64,000 nt of DNA, taken from assembly GCA_973895155.1 (NCBI GenBank), contig OZ316893.1, positions 17,949,836 through 18,013,835 on the forward strand, in the 5' to 3' direction. Position 1 is the stretch's first letter. Each line of letters opens with the position of its first letter. Both the position numbers and the translations under genes were made by a program. Positions 61,601-64,000 of this stretch are shown here, one piece after another. Origin of the DNA: Marsupella aquatica (taxonomy: Eukaryota; Plantae; Marchantiophyta). The notes under the pieces were generated by a model that did not search any database, had not been told where the DNA came from, and saw only the letters and a program-made list of their open reading frames with translations.

Positions 61601-64000
61601 GGTCGGTAAAGCTCACTCTGGGATGGGTAATCAAAGTTAAGGAGATAGTGGTGTCATCCTGCTAGGCGGATGGCTCTCTCGTACTCGCGTTCGATTTTGT
61701 ATCGTCGCGGGTTGGCATGTTTTAATGAGTCGGCCAAGTGCCCTCCGATAGACAGGAACTGCGTCCAAAATCGTATGGCCGAACTGGACAGGATCGTGTG
61801 CAACATTCAGAGGAGATAGACAGTGACTAAGGCTGAGTGAGAGAACTGGGGTCAAAGCTGGCGCGTGAACTGAAGAACTGGTGCCCTGCCAAGGATCGGC
61901 CCCCGTTTTATACCCCTGAGAGCTTGTCGGTCGCCCGACGCCTCCTCGTCGCTTATATGCCGAGCCTTTCACGCTTGCAGTGTATAGGACAATCCGCTGG
62001 TCCGGGTCAGCATGTGTCAGTGGCCGCCTCCCTGAGTTTGTTATACGGACCCGAGGAAGGGGCCCATTACACGCTCGCAACTAGGCGTGCGAATGGCGAC
62101 CCGCTGCCGGGCCGAACACGAACACCCCTTATTGACTAATGATTTCCTACTCATAATGGCTACCTAAATACTATCATTATGCTAATAATTACGGCCTAAG
62201 ATACCCCTAATGCACGTGCTAAGCGTCATTAGGCCGAATCACTCATTACCCGCCGTACCGGCGGCATGACAGGGTGAAATGCTTTGCACTGAACACATAA
62301 AGTGACATTGAAAAGTAGTCAATGAAAGAAAGACCCCCTCCCTTGGGGTTCTTCCTGCTGCCAGAACTGAAATGCAAACTGAGGTAGAATTTGAATTTAG
62401 GGCTCTAAGATTGGACAAGGGCAATTTCTCTTTTGAAAACCCTCAAAGTGCACAAGTGAAGCATATAGACACATGTATTACCTTATGACATGCCTAAATT
62501 GAAGTTGGGCAATTGTTGGCCTAGCATTTTCACAGATTATCAAAAGATTTCTTAGATTGAGGGTGGGGCAATTATTGGACTAGCATTTTCACTAAGTGGC
62601 TACCATATATGGTTTCACACTGGACTTTTCCCATTCAATAATTGACAGCAGGAGAAGTAGCCTTTGAAGGAATCAAAACAAACCCCAAGTCATGACAATC
62701 ACATAGCATGCATTGGTAGCAAAAACTGATACAGAAAACACCAGAGTTCCAATGTGACTCCTTGATTGACTTTTACTTCAGTGAAACTAATCCCTAGTGT
62801 TCTAGGCAGCAACAATGAGCTCACAACACAGCTCAGCTTGGACTGAATGGACTCAACACAGAGAAACATAAGTCTCAACTAGGGCAGTAGAATGGGCCTC
62901 CCCCTACCAACTAATTGGGGTTCACAAAATCATTAGTATCAGTCATTGAAAACTGATGACTTTAGAGTTTAGAGTTTAGCAATTGATATGAGTTGTCAAC
63001 CTTGCCTCCCACTATTCTTGTGAATCTTAGGTGAGTACCTAGGATGGGGCCTTTGCATCCCCATGCATCTGAGCTAGGCAGCTGAGATTGACTCAATCCT
63101 GGTTCACCTGGTCAAGATAGGCATACGAACAAAAAATTGCAAACAAAAAAACCAAAAAAGGGGGGGACAATTCTGCTTTTGTACCACACGGACACAACCC
63201 ATCTTAGCTGACCTCGCCAAGATGGGGTTTCCATACAGTACAGACGCCCCATAGTGTTTTTCTTTTTAAAAAATCCCCATTTTTTTCCTGCCGCAACTTG
63301 ATTACCTCTCTCAATTGATTCACTGATGGACTTGACTGATAATTGATGAGATCATTTATTCCAACCAATCGCAACTAAATCTTTGTCTTGCAAAGCTATC
63401 AAGGCTTGGTGCAAGACACAAACAAATTGCACAACGTGTATCTCACCAGAGTTGGAAAATTTATAGTTGCAAACCTGAAAGAGTTACCTCAAATTAGAGT
63501 GCAAGGAATCAACGTTGAGAGATCCCAGCAGATTGGGTAAAAAGTTGATCAAGCCCAACAATACCATAATCAAACAAACTCCGCCTGCAGGCAGCAAAGC
63601 AAATCAAGGTAATGATGCTACACAGGAATGACCAGGGGACCACCCATGATTTACAACTCTGTCGGGCAACAACGGAACCAGGTTCATGTAAAGGTAACAA
63701 GTGGCATTCTATGAAGATCATTGATCTTGAAAGACCCAAAATAAGTAATTACGGCTCTAGATTGTGAGCCGACAAAAAACAACATTTGAGATTGATTTCT
63801 CTGTAGCTCAGGTGAGGTGGACGTTGCCAAAATAGAGACCAGTTGCAGCTCAGCTCCACTTAGCAAAAGGAGTAGCCGCACCAAAGCTTTGCCAAGCTCA
63901 AAAAATGTCACCATCAAGGAGGATGTTGGCCAAGGGGGCATAAGGGACCCAACTTTCCTTTTGGGACGCAAGGATGGTCATGAAGGTGAGGGAACTAGAC

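Larger units (their letters stand above)
44767..62271 (-). mobile_element. Element F: 3.94-kb solo-LTR-like unit (after removing the nested Athila-like element) containing an accessory ORF
   Basis: TGTCACG...CATGACA termini with a perfect TSD GGGTG (44762-44766 and 62272-62276). Its ORF reads across the ACAAG insertion site (IIIEWYAC|LDRRSLP). Confidence 0.85.

Noticed and set aside
62277-64000. Possible host gene at the window end
   Set aside because: All frames I read are interrupted by stops and no domain is recognisable; at most there is a faint LINE zinc-finger-like remnant near 63700.

Overview
This is plant nuclear heterochromatin, probably from a bryophyte, fern or lycophyte (inference). 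It consists almost entirely of nested transposons, and I found no convincing host gene. The main element is a very young, intact Athila-like Ty3/gypsy retrotransposon (46775-60330, minus strand). It has 1392-bp near-identical LTRs, an ACAAG target-site duplication (TSD), a tRNA-Asp-type PBS and two PPTs. Its gag-PR and RT-RH-IN ORFs are joined in frame by a single TGA in a CAATTA readthrough context, and it carries an extra env-position ORF plus a second retropepsin-like ORF. Three TG...CA units with perfect 5-bp TSDs (5448-8547, 18064-22248, 44767-62271 minus its nested insert) and one partial unit (1-2830) look like solo LTRs, yet each contains a long ORF of the same accessory type, so they appear to be gene-carrying LTRs. 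One CACTA remnant appears to splice its transposase first exon to either a SET-domain exon or the TnpD exons. A Mutator-like family (GCM-like Zn finger, DDE core, SWIM finger) is present in two copies, with a divergent ParB/Srx-like ORF, a family-specific palindrome and two MITE derivatives with 9-bp TSDs. The window also holds a second CACTA, an LTR-like family with AGT...ACT termini, and Copia, gypsy, LINE and SINE fragments. All domain calls come from motif recognition by eye, not database searches.
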